This document shows positions 12,973 to 26,972 of a stretch of 64,000 nucleotides of DNA, in pieces. The stretch is from positions 77,853,929 through 77,917,928 of the forward strand of contig NC_057719.1 in NCBI RefSeq assembly GCF_004010195.1, given 5' to 3'. The notes under the pieces were generated by a model that ran no database searches, was not told where the DNA came from, and worked only from the letters and a program-made list of their open reading frames with translations. Source of the DNA: Chiloscyllium plagiosum. Lineage: Eukaryota. A program made the translations under genes and the position numbers. The stretch's first letter is position 1. Each line of letters opens with the position of its first letter.

Positions 12973-14511
12973 GAAATAGCAATAATAAGAATAACATTGA
13001 AACTGTGAATATCTTCCTTCTCATGCGCGGCAAGCACCTCCAAAGTATTTGACTTCTAGGAGCAAAAAACAATAGTAACTGAGAAGGGTAAAAAGAAAAA
13101 TGAGGGTGGTGGAGTGCAAAGCCTAGACTATTGTTAGAGTTTGAAGGCAATTTTGAAATAGAAGGGAAGGGAACTAATAAGATGGAAGATCAAAGAAGTT
13201 GCCTTCAAGCTCTTATCCCAGGGTTACCTTGATTTGTATATGTGATTTGCCATTGTGATTTCAGATACCTGTTGAGCCTCGAAGCGAGGAATCTGTCAAC
13301 TACGAAAGGATGGTTTGGTCATTGATTGATATGGAAATTATAGCTGAAGCAATACATTGTGTTTTAAAGATATTATCTGGCCATCCTGAGTTTCGTATTT
13401 TCTGGTGTTTATTTGGGATCATTTTATTGATTTTAAGTGTCCTCATCCTGTTTGTATTTAGCTGATTCTTTGAGGCTGCCAAGACTAAGATGGTGACAGG
13501 AAGAGTGAGGCAGAAAGGTGAAGTTACAGATAGTTTCCATTGATTTTTACTGTTTGTGAAATTATTCATTCCATTTTATGGTTTCAGAGTGAAATCCAGA
13601 ACTGCATAGTTATGAAATTGTCTTAACTCATTACTATGGCAACCAGGAGGAAATCAATGAAAAAGCTTATTGTTTTGACAACTAGTATTACTGTAAATGA
13701 TGTATGCAATACTGCAAACACCTTGTTTATGAATGAGCAAGGCAGCAATTAGAAAAGTCATTATCTGTGCTATACCATAAGACAACCAGTTTGTAATGGA
13801 GGTGGTAGTGATAGGAAACTAACACAGTTGTGATTTCACAATATCTGAGTATTAGGCCTAAACTGTAGGACATTTCAGTTCAGAGGTAAAAATAGTCGCA
13901 TTAAAGTCCTGGGAGATGTGCATGCACTGTAAATTGAGTTGCTCAATCTTCTATGATTCACTTGTAAAATACATTTTTGGCAACGGTATTTTTTTTAGTA
14001 GTTTAACTTTCTGGCACCATTATTGAGTGCCTGTCTTCTGTTGTTGTCTGACAACTTGCATCTGGTAGTCATCAGTTAGTCCAGCCCAGCCCATTGTAAC
14101 AAAACCATAGGGACATGATAATTTGTGACAGCAGGTACATTTTTGAGCGTTCATTCTGCCACTGTTTTTGAGATAGAGGATGTTTGTTTTTGCCTCTAAA
14201 TGCTGTGTTGTTAGCATTGATGTGACTTTGTTTTTGGTTGTTTTTGGGTCATTTGCTTTACCATATGTATTTAATGTTTATTCCTATTCCAAGGAAGCAG
14301 AGTTTGGTCTAAACCACAGTACTGTAAATAGTACTGTAGTCATTGGTAATAATTAGATTCTCTTGATTGAAAGGCTGACCAAAAGACAGTATTTTAGGAT
14401 TCTCCTATGGGCTAGTTTTACTCTTTTATGTCATCATCAACCCCATCTGGTCAGGCCAGGTCATTGTATTGAGCACAAGAACTGAACAGAAAACTTTTGT
14501 GTTGCGCACTG

Positions 14512-14597
14512 TACTGGACCTGAAACGTTAACTCTGATTTCTCTCTACAGATGCTGCCGGACCTGCAGAGCTTTTCCAGCAATTTCTGTTTTTGTTG
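14512..14597 (+). mobile_element. PLE pLTR fragment (family C)
   Basis: ggacctGAAACGTTaactctg...acagatgctgccggacctgc; similar to 5870-5940. Confidence 0.55.
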
Positions 14598-16656
14598 CTA
14601 GAGATTACTGTGATGGTTGAAAATGAAACTTAAAAATTCTACCTTGTCATGCAGATTTTGTAATGATGTGGCATAGATATTTCATCACAATTGGTCTTGT
14701 CCTATGTGATTATTTGCTGCATTCTTTGTTTGATCAATATATCAACAAAGAAAATGGGAGCATCGTAAACAGTTGATACTTGATAGATTATTGATTCATT
14801 GTTGCGTAGATATATTTAGACCCTGATGCACAATGGTGGTGTCTCTACCTCTCAAACTGGGAGACCCAGATTAAAGTCCCACCTGCTCCAGAGGTGTGTA
14901 ATAACATATCTGAATGAGTTGATTAGAAAATAGGTAGGAATCTGTTTTCTCTGCCTCAGGACTTTATGATGGGTCTTTGGTAGCAAACTGAGATTTTTCA
15001 CTAGATGCTGTGTCCTTGGAACTATTATATAAAAAATGCAGTAGGCAGCTTCTCAATACAGCTTATCTGACTGTGATATAGCATTGTTAAGATTTGATAA
15101 GAATTTATGGACGCTATGATTTATTTTACAAATCTGCGTGTTATTTCTAATATTGAGAAATGTTATTCATCCCCACTTCCTCACCCAGCAAAATAGAAAG
15201 TGAGCTTAGATGGCGTTTTGATAGTCCCCTTTGTCTTTCCACTTCATTTCCCCCATTCCTACAACCCCCACCCCTACCTAACTTTTCTATTCTTCTCCTT
15301 CGAGGTAACTCTTGTATAGTGAAAGTTTGCCCCTAAAGAGTATTTAATGTGATGTGACGATGCTTAAGAAATTGCCCTTGAATATTGTCACAACTCACTG
15401 GAAATCAAGTCCAACTATTTCAAAAAACATCAGAAATGTGAAAATTTCATTAAACCACTAAACTATCCAATTTTACCCATCTAATTTGGGTCAAATTAGT
15501 TTTTTAAAAAATTTCACAGCAAGTAACTATTGGTTAAAAGCAATTTGATTACAATGGCAAAAGTAGATACTTTAATAGATAATCTATAACTCTAACTTAA
15601 ACTCTACCCCTTTCTTAAAATTCCCACATTCATACAAATAGACAAACAAAGAGATAAAACAAGATACAAGTATTATGAATGGGGAAAGGAAAAAAACATC
15701 AGAAGAGTACAGTTCTGGCAGTAGTCCAGAAATCGGACGCCAATGTATTGTTTCCTTTTGGCTTACTTTCAACTCTTTCCAATTCTTTGCTAATGAAATG
15801 AGGTTATAAATATACCCGTTTTCTCCTATCCCTGACCTCCCCACCCCTTCCCTAATTTGGATCAAATGAATCCTTTCAGTATAAAGGGTGTAGGAGTACA
15901 CTTAAGAGGGAAATCAGGAGGGCAAAAAGGGGACATGAGACAGCTTTGGCAGATAAACTAGTGAATCCAAAGAGATTCTACACTTAAGAATAACTAGGGA
16001 GAGAATAGGGCCTGTTAATGATCAGTGAGGCCATCCATATGTGGTGCCAGAGGAGATGGGTGAGATCCTAAACAAATATTTCTTACAGTATTCACTATGA
16101 AAAAAGAAATGAAAGCTAATGAACTCTGGGAAATAAGTGATGTCTTGAAAAGAGTCCACATTGTAGAAAAGCTCTTAAAACACACAATGGCAGAGAAGTG
16201 TATCCCAGGGCATTGTGGGACACAACCAAAGAAGTTGCAGGGTCCTTATTAGAGTTATTTGTATCATAGACAGCCATGGTTGAGGTGCCGGAAGACTGGA
16301 GGATGGTTAATGTTATGTCATTGTTTAAGAAAGGTTGCAAGAAAAAGCCAGAGAACTATAGACCATTGAATCTGACATAATTGCTGGGTAAGTTGTTAGA
16401 GGGAATTCTGAGATAGGATTTGCATACATTTGGAGAGGCAAGAGCTGATTATGGATAGTCAACATGGCTTCATGCATGGGAAATCATGTCTGTCAAATTT
16501 GATTTGAGTTTTTGAAGGGGTGACCAAGAAGGTAGATGAAGGCATTAAATGTTGTCTACATGGACTTAAGCAAGGCCTTCAACAAGGTTCTGCATGATAG
16601 ACTGGTTGGTAAGGTTATATCACATAGGATCTGGGGAGAGTGAGCCAATTGGAATC

Positions 16657-17034
16657 TGTTATGGACCAGGCCAGACCACATTTAAAATATTTAAAGAAGG
16701 TAGCCTAGATCCTAACTGCTTATTTTAAAGGCAGATATGAAGTGCTTATTTCAGGTGTGATGCAGCTGGTCAAGTCAATTGGCTTAAAGCAAAACAGAAT
16801 TTAATTAAATTCTACAGTTGAAACACAAAAAAAAACAGAATTTAGAAAAACAATTATTTGAAAACTCAACCAACTTAATACCGCAACTAAAGAGCTGGGA
16901 GAACTGGCCACTCTCTTGCCATTGTTAAACTAGGCATCTGCCCAAGACATTTCAGCACCTCTGCCTTTACGACCTCTCTTTTTAAAAAAAAATCAAAGAC
17001 AATATAACCTTGTTAAAGTGACAGCATAGTCACA
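16657..17034 (-). mobile_element. Solo LTR inserted in CR1
   Basis: TGT...ACA termini, near-TSD aatc/attc; the CR1 sequence resumes on both sides; homologous to 27811-28407 in the opposite orientation. Confidence 0.75.
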
Positions 17035-17814
17035 ATTCAAAATTGGCTTGACAGAAAGAGACAGAGGGTGATGGTAGAGGATTTTGTTCAGACTGGAGGC
17101 CTGTGTCCAATGTTGTGCCACAAGAATCGGTGCTGGGTCCATTTTTGTCATATATATAAAATGATTTGGATGAGAATATCAGAGGCATGGTTATTAAATT
17201 TTCAGATGACACCAGAATTGGTGGTATAATGGACAGTGAAGAAGAATATCTAGGAGTACAACAGGATCTTAATTAACTGTGTCAGTGGGCTGCAGAATGG
17301 CAAATGGACTTTAATTCAGATAAATGTGAGGTATTGCATTTTGGTAAGCCAAAAAGGGTAGGACTTGCACAGTTAATGTTAGGACCATGGGGAGTATTGT
17401 CGAACAGAGACTTAAGGGTGCAGATACATAATCCCCTGAAAGTGGCGTCACATGTAGACAGGGTGGTGAAGAAAGCATTTGCCTTCATCAGTCAGAGCAT
17501 TGAGTTTAAGATTTGGGATGCCATGTTGCAACCGTACAAGACCATGTTTAGAGTACTGCATACAATTGTGGTCACCCTGCTATAGGATGTTACTAAACTG
17601 GAAAGGTTAAAGAAAAGATTGACAAGGATTTGCTGTTTCTGGAGGGTTTCAGTTACAGGGAGGGGCTTGATTGGCTGGAATGTAGGAATGGGGTGTGACT
17701 TAATAGAGGTTTATAATACCCTGGGGGGGCATAGATACGGTGAATAGCCAAGGTGTTTTCCCTGTGGTAGTTGAGCCCAAAACTAGAGGGCATAGGTTTA
17801 AGGTGAGAGGGGAA

Positions 17815-18141
17815 AGATTTAAAAGGAACCTAAGGGGCAACGTTTTCATACAGAGCGTAGTGCGTGTATGGAAAAAAAACTTCCAGAGGAAGTGGTAGAA
17901 ACAAGTATCATGACCACATTTAAAAGACATTTGGACAGGTCTGTTAATAGGCGAGGTTTAGAGGGCCAAACATAGGCAGATTTAAAAGGAACCTAAGGGG
18001 CAAAGTTTTCATACAGAGCGTAGTGCGTGTATGGAAAAAAAAACTTCCAGAGGAAGTGGTAGAAACAAGTATCATGACCACATTTAAAAGACATTTGGAC
18101 AGGTCTGTTAATAGGCGAGGTTTAGAGGGCCAAACATAGGC
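17815..18141 (+). repeat. Near-perfect 163-bp tandem duplication in the CR1 3' region
   Basis: Units 17815-17977 and 17978-18141 differ only at caacg/caaag and in the length of an A-run. Confidence 0.9.
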
Positions 18142-18509
18142 ATGTGGGACTAGATCAGTTTGGAAAACCTGGTTGGACTGGAAGAATTGGACCAAAGGGA
18201 TAGTTTCCATGCTGTATGACTCTCTGTATCTGTCTGTGTCTTTCTTTCTTTTATCTTGAAAAAGAAACAAAATACATGATCTTGCAGTCAGGACCAAAAC
18301 TTCTGGTCCATCAAGAATAATTAGCAATTGTTGAACACAAGCCTGGCTTTGATCATGCCTAACAAGAGCCCAATTGAAGGGGAAAAGTGGGTTAGAAGGG
18401 GAATCTCATCACAGTAGGTGAATACTGGAATGGAGAATTAAATGAATATTTCAAAATCCCTTTGGGTTTTTTGGGGCGGGGGGGGGAGATAAAGGAACAA
18501 GAAGATGAT

Positions 18510-20245
18510 TTAATTTGAATTATTATATACAGTCACATGTACCAAGGCACAGAGAAAATTATCTGACATGCTTTACAGACGGATTGTATTGTACAACTAC
18601 ATCAGGGTAACAGAGCAGAGAGGAAGATACAATGTTATAGCTGCGAGAAGGTGCAGACAGATCAACACGAGCATTAAAGAGGTCCATTCAAAAGTCTGAT
18701 TACAGCAAGGAAGAAGCTGTTCTTGAATCTGTTTGTACGTGTATACAAACTTCTGTATCTTCTGCCAAATGGAAGAGGGTGGAAGGTAGTTAAACCAGGT
18801 TTGGGGTGGGAGGTGGTCTTTTGATTATGTTGGTTGCTTTCCTGATGAAGTCACTGGATGGGAGGCTGGTTTGTGTGATGGACTTGGCTATGTTCACAAC
18901 TCTGTAGTTTCATTCTTGTGAGCAGCAGTTACTATACTACTATGTGATGCAACCAGATTGGATGCTTTCTATGGTGCATCTTGTAGGACACTTTATGGAC
19001 ATTCTAAATTTCCTTAGCCTTCTGAGGAAGTGGAGGCGTTGCTGTGCCTTCTTGACCATAGTGTCACCGTGGTTGGACAGTGGCAGATTATTGGTTATTG
19101 TCACTCCCAGGAACTTGATGCTATAAATCATCTCCACCTCAATACTGTTCATGCAGACAAGGGCATGTCCTCCACTCTCCTTCCAAAATGACCAGTTCCT
19201 TTGTCTTGCTGCTGATGATGGAGAGATTGTTGTTTTTACACCATGCAGTCAAGCACTGTATCTCCTTCCTGTAATTGTCTCATCATTGTTTGAGATCCAA
19301 CCGACAATGGCGGTGACATTAGCAAATTTGTAAATGGAGTTGGTTTGGAATTTGGCCACATAGTCATGTGTATATAAGGAGTATAGTAGGGGGGGTGAGT
19401 ATGCATCCTTGTAGGGCATGGTGTTGAGGATTATCATGGAGGAGGTGTTGTCACCTATGCTTACTGACTGGTCAGGAAATTGAGAATCCAGTCACAGAGG
19501 AGGAACATAGAACATAGAAAAATACAGCGCAGTACAGGCCCTTTGGCCCTTGATGTTGCGCCGATCCAAGCCCATCTAACCTACACGAGCCCACTATCCT
19601 CCATATGCCTATCTAATGCCCGTTTAAATGCCCATAAAGAGGGCGAGTCTACCACTGCTACTGGCAGGGCATCCAATGAACTCACGACTCGCTGAGTAAA
19701 GAATCTACCCCGAACATCTGTCCTATACCTGCCACCCCTTAATTTAAAGCTATGCCCCCTCGTAATAGCTGACTCCATACGTGGAAAAAAGTTCTCATGG
19801 TCAACAATATGTAAACCCCTAATCATCTTGTATACCTCTATCAAGGAAGCAGACACCTAGGTCCCAGGGCTTGGAGATGCTATTATTTGGAATTATGGTG
19901 TTCACAGCAGAGCTGTAGCCAGTAAGTAGAGCCTGACATAAGTATCCTTCTTGTCCAGATAGTCCAGGGATGAATGTAGCGCCAGGGGGATGGTGTCTGC
20001 CATGGACTTGTTATGCCGGTAGGTGAATAGCAAGGGATCAAAGCAGTCTGGAAGGCTGGAGTTGATGTGAGACATCACCAGCCTCTCAAAGCACTTCATA
20101 ATTATTGATGTCAGAGCCACCAGGCAGTAATCATTGGGGCATGCTGCATGATTTTGCTTTAACACTGGGATAATGGTGTCTTCGTGAAGCAGGTGAAAAT
20201 TCCAGATCATAGTAAGGAGAGGATGAAGATGTCTGCAAATATTTC
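18510..20245 (-). mobile_element. Rex1/Babar-type LINE fragment
   Basis: VALTSIIMKCFERLV, PLLYSLYTHD..AK...NSIYKFA, KFLGVTITNNL, KKAQQRLHFLRRLRKF. Confidence 0.8.
19503..19845 (-). mobile_element. CR1 3' fragment nested in the Rex1/Babar element
   Basis: EVYKMIRG...TRGHSFKLRGGRYRTDVRGRFFTQRVV; (TTCTATG)n-type tail. Confidence 0.85.
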
Positions 20246-20489
20246 CAGAAATTAGCTAAATCAGTTAAGACCATTCATGTTAGTAATGAATAGATGGGTT
20301 CAGCTAATGACCTTTGCTGTAGAAGTTTCCTCTATAGTTTTTTTATGTAATGCAGGAGCATTTCAACCCATCCAATTAGCATCCTGTTGATCTACTGTCT
20401 ATCCCCAGCAGTATGTTGGAACAGTTTATTCATTGATCTTCATTTTTGGTTCTATCAGGACCACCTATTTCCTGACCATTGTGGACAAA

Positions 20490-21552
20490 AGATATGAACT
20501 CCAGAGGTGAGGTAAGAGTGACTGCCCTTGACATCAAGGTATAGCATGAAGGAGCTCTAGCAAAACTACATTGATTAGGAATTAGAGAGAAAGCTCTATG
20601 CTGCTTGAATTCATCTCCAGGAGGAAGAAAGGTGGTTGTTAGAGGTCAGTCATATCAGTCTCAGGGCATCACTGCAGGGGTGCCTCAGGTGTTGGCTTGG
20701 GCCCATTTTACTTTCATCTGCTATGTCAATTACCTCTATTCCAATAAAAGATCTGAAGTATGGACGCTGGCTGATTGCACAGTCTTCAGCGCCATTTTCT
20801 ACTCTTCAGTTACGGAAGCATGGCCATATGAAACAAAATCTGACAACATCTAGACTGTAACCAACAAAGAATCTAGTCCATCACATCTTGACATTCAATG
20901 GCATTACTATTGCTGAATCCTCAACTGAAGGCATCTTTAGAGTTACCATTGACCAGAAACTTAAAAAGACCAGTCAGATGACTGTTCTGGTTGCAGGAGC
21001 AGTTCGGAGACTAGAAATTCTGCATGGAGTAACTTGCCTCCTGTTGTCATGCCTGCTCACCACAAGAACCAGTCAGTTGTGTGATAGGACCCTTTTTTTC
21101 CCATTTGCCTGGGTGAGTGCAGCTCCAACACTACCCAAGACAAAGGATGCTGCTGGATGGGCACTACTTCAACCATTCACACACTCTAACGTCACAGTGT
21201 ACCATTTACCAGATTCACTGCAGTAACTCATGCAGACTTTAACAGCAACATTTTCAAAATCTGCAATCTCTACCAACTCAAAAAAGAAGGGCAACAGATA
21301 CAAGAGAACACCATCTACAGGTTCCCTTGGAAACCACATGCCATCATGCCTTGAAATTATATCACCAATACTTCAATGTTGCTGGGTCAAAATTCTGTAA
21401 CTCCTTTCCTTATTGCACTAAAGGTGCTTCTACACACTAGAGCTACAGCACTTCAATAAAGCAGCCCACCGCCATCATCTATTGGGCAACTAGAGGATGG
21501 ACACTAAATGCAGGCCTCTGCAGCAATGTCACATCACCTGAATGAATTAAAA
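20490..21552 (+). mobile_element. Old non-LTR retrotransposon (CR1-group, not CR1 clade), RT to 3' end
   Basis: ALDIK, ITAGVPQ, TFNGITIAES..IFRVTIDQKL; a related 3' tail occurs inverted at ~58090. Confidence 0.65.
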
Positions 21553-21631
21553 TAAGATATTTTTTGGGTTTTTTGTCACTTTGATTTTATATACACTAAC
21601 CAAGCTACTGAATAACATAGCTTGCACACGG

Positions 21632-21865
21632 GGAGTTTGCACATTCTCCGTGTCTGCGTGGGTTTCCTTCGGGTGCACTGGTTTCCTCCCACAATCCAAA
21701 AATGTGCAGGTTAGGTGAATTGGCCAGGATAAATTACCCGTAGTGTTAGGTGAAGGGGTAAATGTAGGGGAATGGGTCTGGGTGGGTTAAGCTTCGGCAG
21801 GACGGTGTGGACTTGTTGGGCCGAAGGGCCTGTTTCCACACTGTTAGTAATCTAATCTAATCTAA
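21632..21865 (+). mobile_element. HE1-type V-SINE, 5' truncated
   Basis: V-domain ggagtttgcacattctcc...ggtttcctcccaca; (aatct)n tail. Confidence 0.85.
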
Positions 21866-23109
21866 TAATTTTATTCTGGGAGATGGAGGGTGGATTTTAC
21901 TGTTGGTTGATCTGGAACATTGCCAAAAATGCAGACATTTTAATGACAGTAAGAACTTTGATTTTACTCAATCATGATAGGCTTACAAGTTGAACGTTCT
22001 AGTCCTAGAACCGTTATTTTAATTTATATGCATTTTATGCAAGTATATATACTTTGGCTGAGAAAACTTGAGCATCAAGCTATGAAAACTGTCATAATTT
22101 GGAGATCTGTTACTTCCTGAAACTCTTAAGTAAAAATGTTGCAACGTGCAAAAGTCAACTGAATAGTGACTCCAATAATATTTCTGCTAACTAGTGTGAA
22201 TGATTTGATATTAGGACTGTTATAGTGAAGTAATGTTGGGTGACACAGCAAACTGCAGAGAACAGCTGTTCAAAAGGATCAGGTTTTCGCTGGTTTCATA
22301 TGGAGAATTGCAAAACTCATCTTGCTGAAATGTGAACAGAGTTGCACAAAAAGGCAGTAAGATATTGTCACTGAGATTGGAAATTGGTGTTTGGAACCTA
22401 AGGGAATGAAGTTGAAGTCAGATGTTTTATGAAATGTTTTTGTTCTAAATTTGAAGAAGAACTGAGCAATGTAGCCATGCTAATAAAGCTGAATATCTTA
22501 AAATTGTATTCTTCCAAATTCACTATACATCTGATTCTTATTACAGTTCTCTTCTCTAGAGTACAATAATGTAGTATACATGTCAGTTGTTCTGCTTTTT
22601 ATGCTGCTTTATTTTTTATATTTGTTCCACTGAAGTAGCAGTGAGTGCTACTCCAGCTGGCTTTTTAAAAAAAAATGTGGGAGGAAAGGGGAGCTCCCGG
22701 CATGAACATGAATGCAATTCCAAATGGTGGAATTGCAGTTCTTGCCATCGCAGATTATTCCAGTTCACTGTTAAGTCAGGTGAAGCTGTTCTTAGCAAAC
22801 AACAAAAACTTAATTATTACAAGTAGGACATAATTTAATTTTGTTTCTTGGCTGAGCTTTGATTTCACTGTAGCCATTGTATGGTTTTTCATAAGACAAT
22901 AAGGTGTAGGAGCAGATGCAAGTCATTCATCCCATTGTCTCTACTCCTTTATTCAATGGCTGATCGGAGTTGGGTTTTTTTATTTCCTCTCTTCAGTTTT
23001 ATATTTTTGTTTTTCATTGGATTCTTTGTGACCTTGTTGTGATTTCTTCTTTCAAATGAGTCGTTAAATCTAGACTCCACCTGCCTGCTAAATGTTTCCT
23101 CAGCACTGT

Positions 23110-23275
23110 TTTCAAGAAGTGCAAGAGAGTTATCTCAGTGTCCTGACCCATATTTGTGTTAAATGAATCACTCCTTGCTGTTATATATAAATTTACTGCT
23201 ATATTTTCTACATTACAACAGTGATTATTTCAAAAGTACTTGGCTGGAACATGCTTTAAAAAGCACTGTAATATT
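23110..23275 (+). mobile_element. Deu-SINE (SacSINE1-like) remnant
   Basis: gagttatctcagtgtcctgacccatattt and acattacaacagtga...tcaaaagtactt resemble the Deu-domain consensus as I recall it. Confidence 0.45.
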
Positions 23276-25659
23276 GCAATCCTTTCTTGTTCTTCTAAGC
23301 CACTTTACAACTGAATACAAGTTCTCTGGTGACTTTACGATCTGCATGGAACTTCCTGCTTTGAAAATAAAACAAAACGTGCATAATCACTTATTCATAA
23401 GGGGTTCACGAGAAGGCTGTCTCCACTCTGTACTAAATGAATGTGAACACTGTCAATTTCTGGAAATTGATGTCTTCACCACAGAGGTTGCATAGCACTT
23501 GAACCCTTTACTTGAGGATTTGGGGATGATGAACAATTTGGTGGTCATTGATAACAGTTTGGCTATAAACACTTTCGACTTTTGGTGTGGTTAGACCTCT
23601 TCAGAGTCGTAGAAATTCACAGAAAAAGTGCAATTTTTCTCATCATGTTAAGGCCAGTGGTTTTGTTAAACAAGTCAAAATTAATCTTGCTGCACTACTT
23701 CCTCCCATTGCCCAATGTCTTGCTCTGTTTTATCCAACTTCCCCTGGAAGATTACAGTGGTTGCTGCCTCAGCTACCTCCAAGATGTAGTATTCCATTGC
23801 TTCAACAAGCATATTTATTTTGCCTAATATATTAATAGATTCTCAATTAAAATTGTTGTCACTTATTCCACAACTGGAGGTAGTGATCTTTCCTTCACTT
23901 TCTTGAAACTTGTTATAATTTCTGAAAACAATTGCGTACATCTCCTTTTAATACCATAAAAAATAGGAACAGGAGTCAGCCATTCAGCCCCTCGAGTCTG
24001 TTGCGCCAACAATAGAAGAATGGCTGATCTGACATTGCTTATATCCACTTTCCTACCTTTTCTCTGTAATCCTCAATTCTCATACTGATCAAGAACCTGT
24101 CTCTGCCTTAACTATAGACAAGGAGAATATTTGAGCCACATCCTGCGGGCAAATCCTCAGCTTCCAGGTAGCTAATTCAATGACATTGCCTTTGTTGCAC
24201 CATCTCCCTATATTTTTGTTTCCTTTGATTCATCCCTGTGGATCTCCCTGTTTCGGTAATGGACCATCTAAAATAATGCACTTCCATAATGTCTTTGTGT
24301 CAGTATTTATAATTCGTAATGGCATGGTAATTTTCTAAATGGATATATTCATAGTTCCAGCTATCTATATTTACATCCTAACTGTCTGTTTCTCTGCAAC
24401 CTTCCGTGTTTTTCTGTTGAATGTATATTTTCTTCTTTGGTTTATCTCTTAAAAGGCAATATCGCACACCTATCGGCAATAAGTTACATATGCCATCTTC
24501 CTTTAGTTCTACAAATCTGTCTATAATTCTAAATTCCTCAATATGTAGTCTAAATTTGTAAATCTTTGTGGTTTTCAGCCAAGCTACCCTCAAAAACCTT
24601 CAGAAGTACAGTCAGTTGGCCAAAATGGTGATGTTTATGCAGAACTGTTCAGTTCACAAAAATAATAATGAATTAAAAAAACCCTTGGGATTAAAGGTCA
24701 CATGTGACCTGCCTGTAACACACTTTCTTTTTTGATGCTGTAACTGTAATCTGCAGTTAGCTATAAGAGGTTGTATTTCAGTTCTTGCATTTATCTCCCA
24801 GTTCAGACCAGGGTTTCTTTATTACGTACAAAAGATTCACAGGACACAAGTGCAACATAATAAACACTGTTTTTCCCGAAAAATAGACAATTATAAAACA
24901 TAGTACCATTCAAATTCCACAAAATGAATCTACTCAGTTTGAAATACACTCCTTCAAGATTAGGCATTATTAATTCAACAGACCCAAATTGTCATGAGAA
25001 ATTTAAGATTTTTTTAGAATACTTGAAGGGAAAATGGGTGTATGAATGTGTGGCACTGAAGGAAACTATCCATGACCTGTGTCACTGACTAGGGGAAGTG
25101 AATTCGATTGGTTTACTGGGTCTCCTCTTCTGTCTGTAACACAGATGGTTTTAAAATTTCTTACTTTATTTTAGTTTCTATTCCTTTCCTAAAACGCCGT
25201 GGTGTGTTGCTCCTCAACCTTCTGTTTGTGAACTCCATTTTTAAAATATAAATGACTCAAGAATTTAGTCCGGGGGAAAAAAAAGACACTATCGATTGGA
25301 TATGAGGATATAACTTGTGGCCCACACACATGGATATGCATAAGGAAGAATGAAGGGAAAGAGGAGTTTACAATTACAAATTACTTTAAGAATTAACTGC
25401 CTTTAATTCAGGTGAATTAGATTCCAGTACATCTGTACTGGAATGCCTATCTGTTGGTCATATGCAGAGATCCTTTGCACGGCGACTTGGTGAATGTTGA
25501 ATTGCAGTTTATGGTCCAACAGTTATATGCTGGGAATTCAATTGCAAAATAAATGTAGGATTCTTTCCAGAAATCAGACTTTTGAATGAGATTGAGACCA
25601 GAGGCAGGCGCAAGCTAGGCCTCGAGCAGCTTTGCTGTTTACTCTTCTGATGTTACATG

Positions 25660-25836
25660 TATCAGAGGGAGTGGTGCTGGAAAAGCACAACAGGTCAGGC
25701 AGCATCTGAGAAGCAAGAGAATCAGCGTTTCGGGCAAAAGCCCTTCAGCTCCTCTGCTGCCTGACCTGCTGTGCTTTTCCAGCAGCACAGTGTCAACACT
25801 GATCTCCAGCAACTGCAGCCCACACTTTCTTTTAGT
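25660..25836. mobile_element. PLE family A fold-back insertion with 12-bp TSD
   Basis: TSD tgatgttacatg at 25648-25659 and 25837-25848; arms gctggaaaagcacaacaggtcaggcagca / tgctgcctgacctgctgtgcttttccagc. Confidence 0.8.
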
Positions 25837-26159
25837 TGATGTTACATGCAGACCATTAAAGGTACTTGGTGACATTGTATAATGCATTGTTCTTTGGGAA
25901 CTTGATTTTAAAGTTGAATTAAATGGGTTTATGATTTTCAGTGCTGTTAAAGGCTCTTTTTTTTTAAAGGAAGGTTCAGAAAGTCATTTAGAACTGACCT
26001 AAAGACAGCTTTTCCAAATTATTATGAGACTTAGGCCAAATAATTCAAAAACACTGTGAGGGGATCATTCCTGCTCATTGTTGATGTGTGTTTTGACTTA
26101 CAGATGAGAGGCCAGGGCTAGAAGCAGGTAGAAACATGGTTACAGAAGCAGTTGGAGAC

Positions 26160-26972
26160 AGGTTAAGGTAGTGGGGGGGGAAAAAGCCTGGCAGTTGGAG
26201 TATAGCATGAGAAAATGTGAAGTTATGTGCTTTGACAGGAAGAATAGGATAGGTAAACATTATTTAAATAGAGAGATAGAGATTACAGAAAGCTACAACA
26301 CAGGGATTTGTGAGTCCACCTGTATAAATCACAATAAGTTAACATACAAATGAAAGAAAATTGATTGTTGGCCTTAATTTCAAGGGGATTGGAGTATAAA
26401 AATGAGAAAGTCTTGCTAAAACAATACAAGGTACTTATTACACCACACCTAGAATACTGTAAACAGTTTTGGACCTCTATCTAAGAAAAGATATGCTAGC
26501 ATTGGGTGCACTCCAAAAAAGGTTCATTTGGTTGAACTTGGGTATGAAAGGACTGTTTTATGAGGAGAGGTTGAGTAGGTTGAGCCTGTACTCATTGGTG
26601 TTTAGTAAAATGCAAAGTGACCTTATTGAAACAGAAGATTCTAAAGGGAGTTTGAAGGGTATGTGCAGAAAGGTCATTTCGCTTGTGGGAGAATCCAGGG
26701 CCAGAGGAGGGGATTGCACATTTAAAATAGAGATAAGGAGGAATTTCTTCTGAAGTTCGTAAATCTGTGGAGTTCTTAATCAAAGAGGGCTGCAGACGAT
26801 GGGTCATTATATTCAAGGCTAAGATGGACAGATATTTAACAAGTGAATCAGTGGTTATCAATAAAAAGGCAGAAAAGTACAGTTGAGGATTATCCAATCA
26901 ATCATAACCTCATTGAATGTTAAAGTGAACTCACTGGGTTGAATGGCCTACTTCTGCTTCTAAGTCTATGGT
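26160..26972 (+). mobile_element. CR1 3' fragment, degraded
   Basis: WQLEYSMRKCEVMCF, YEERLSRLSLYSL, EIRRNFF. Confidence 0.75.

Larger units (their letters stand above)
15885..18225 (+). mobile_element. CR1 LINE (RT to 3' end), interrupted by a solo LTR
   Basis: FNSDKCEVLHFGK, RDLRVQIH and CR1 3' UTR; colinear with the 41-43 kb CR1. Confidence 0.85.
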
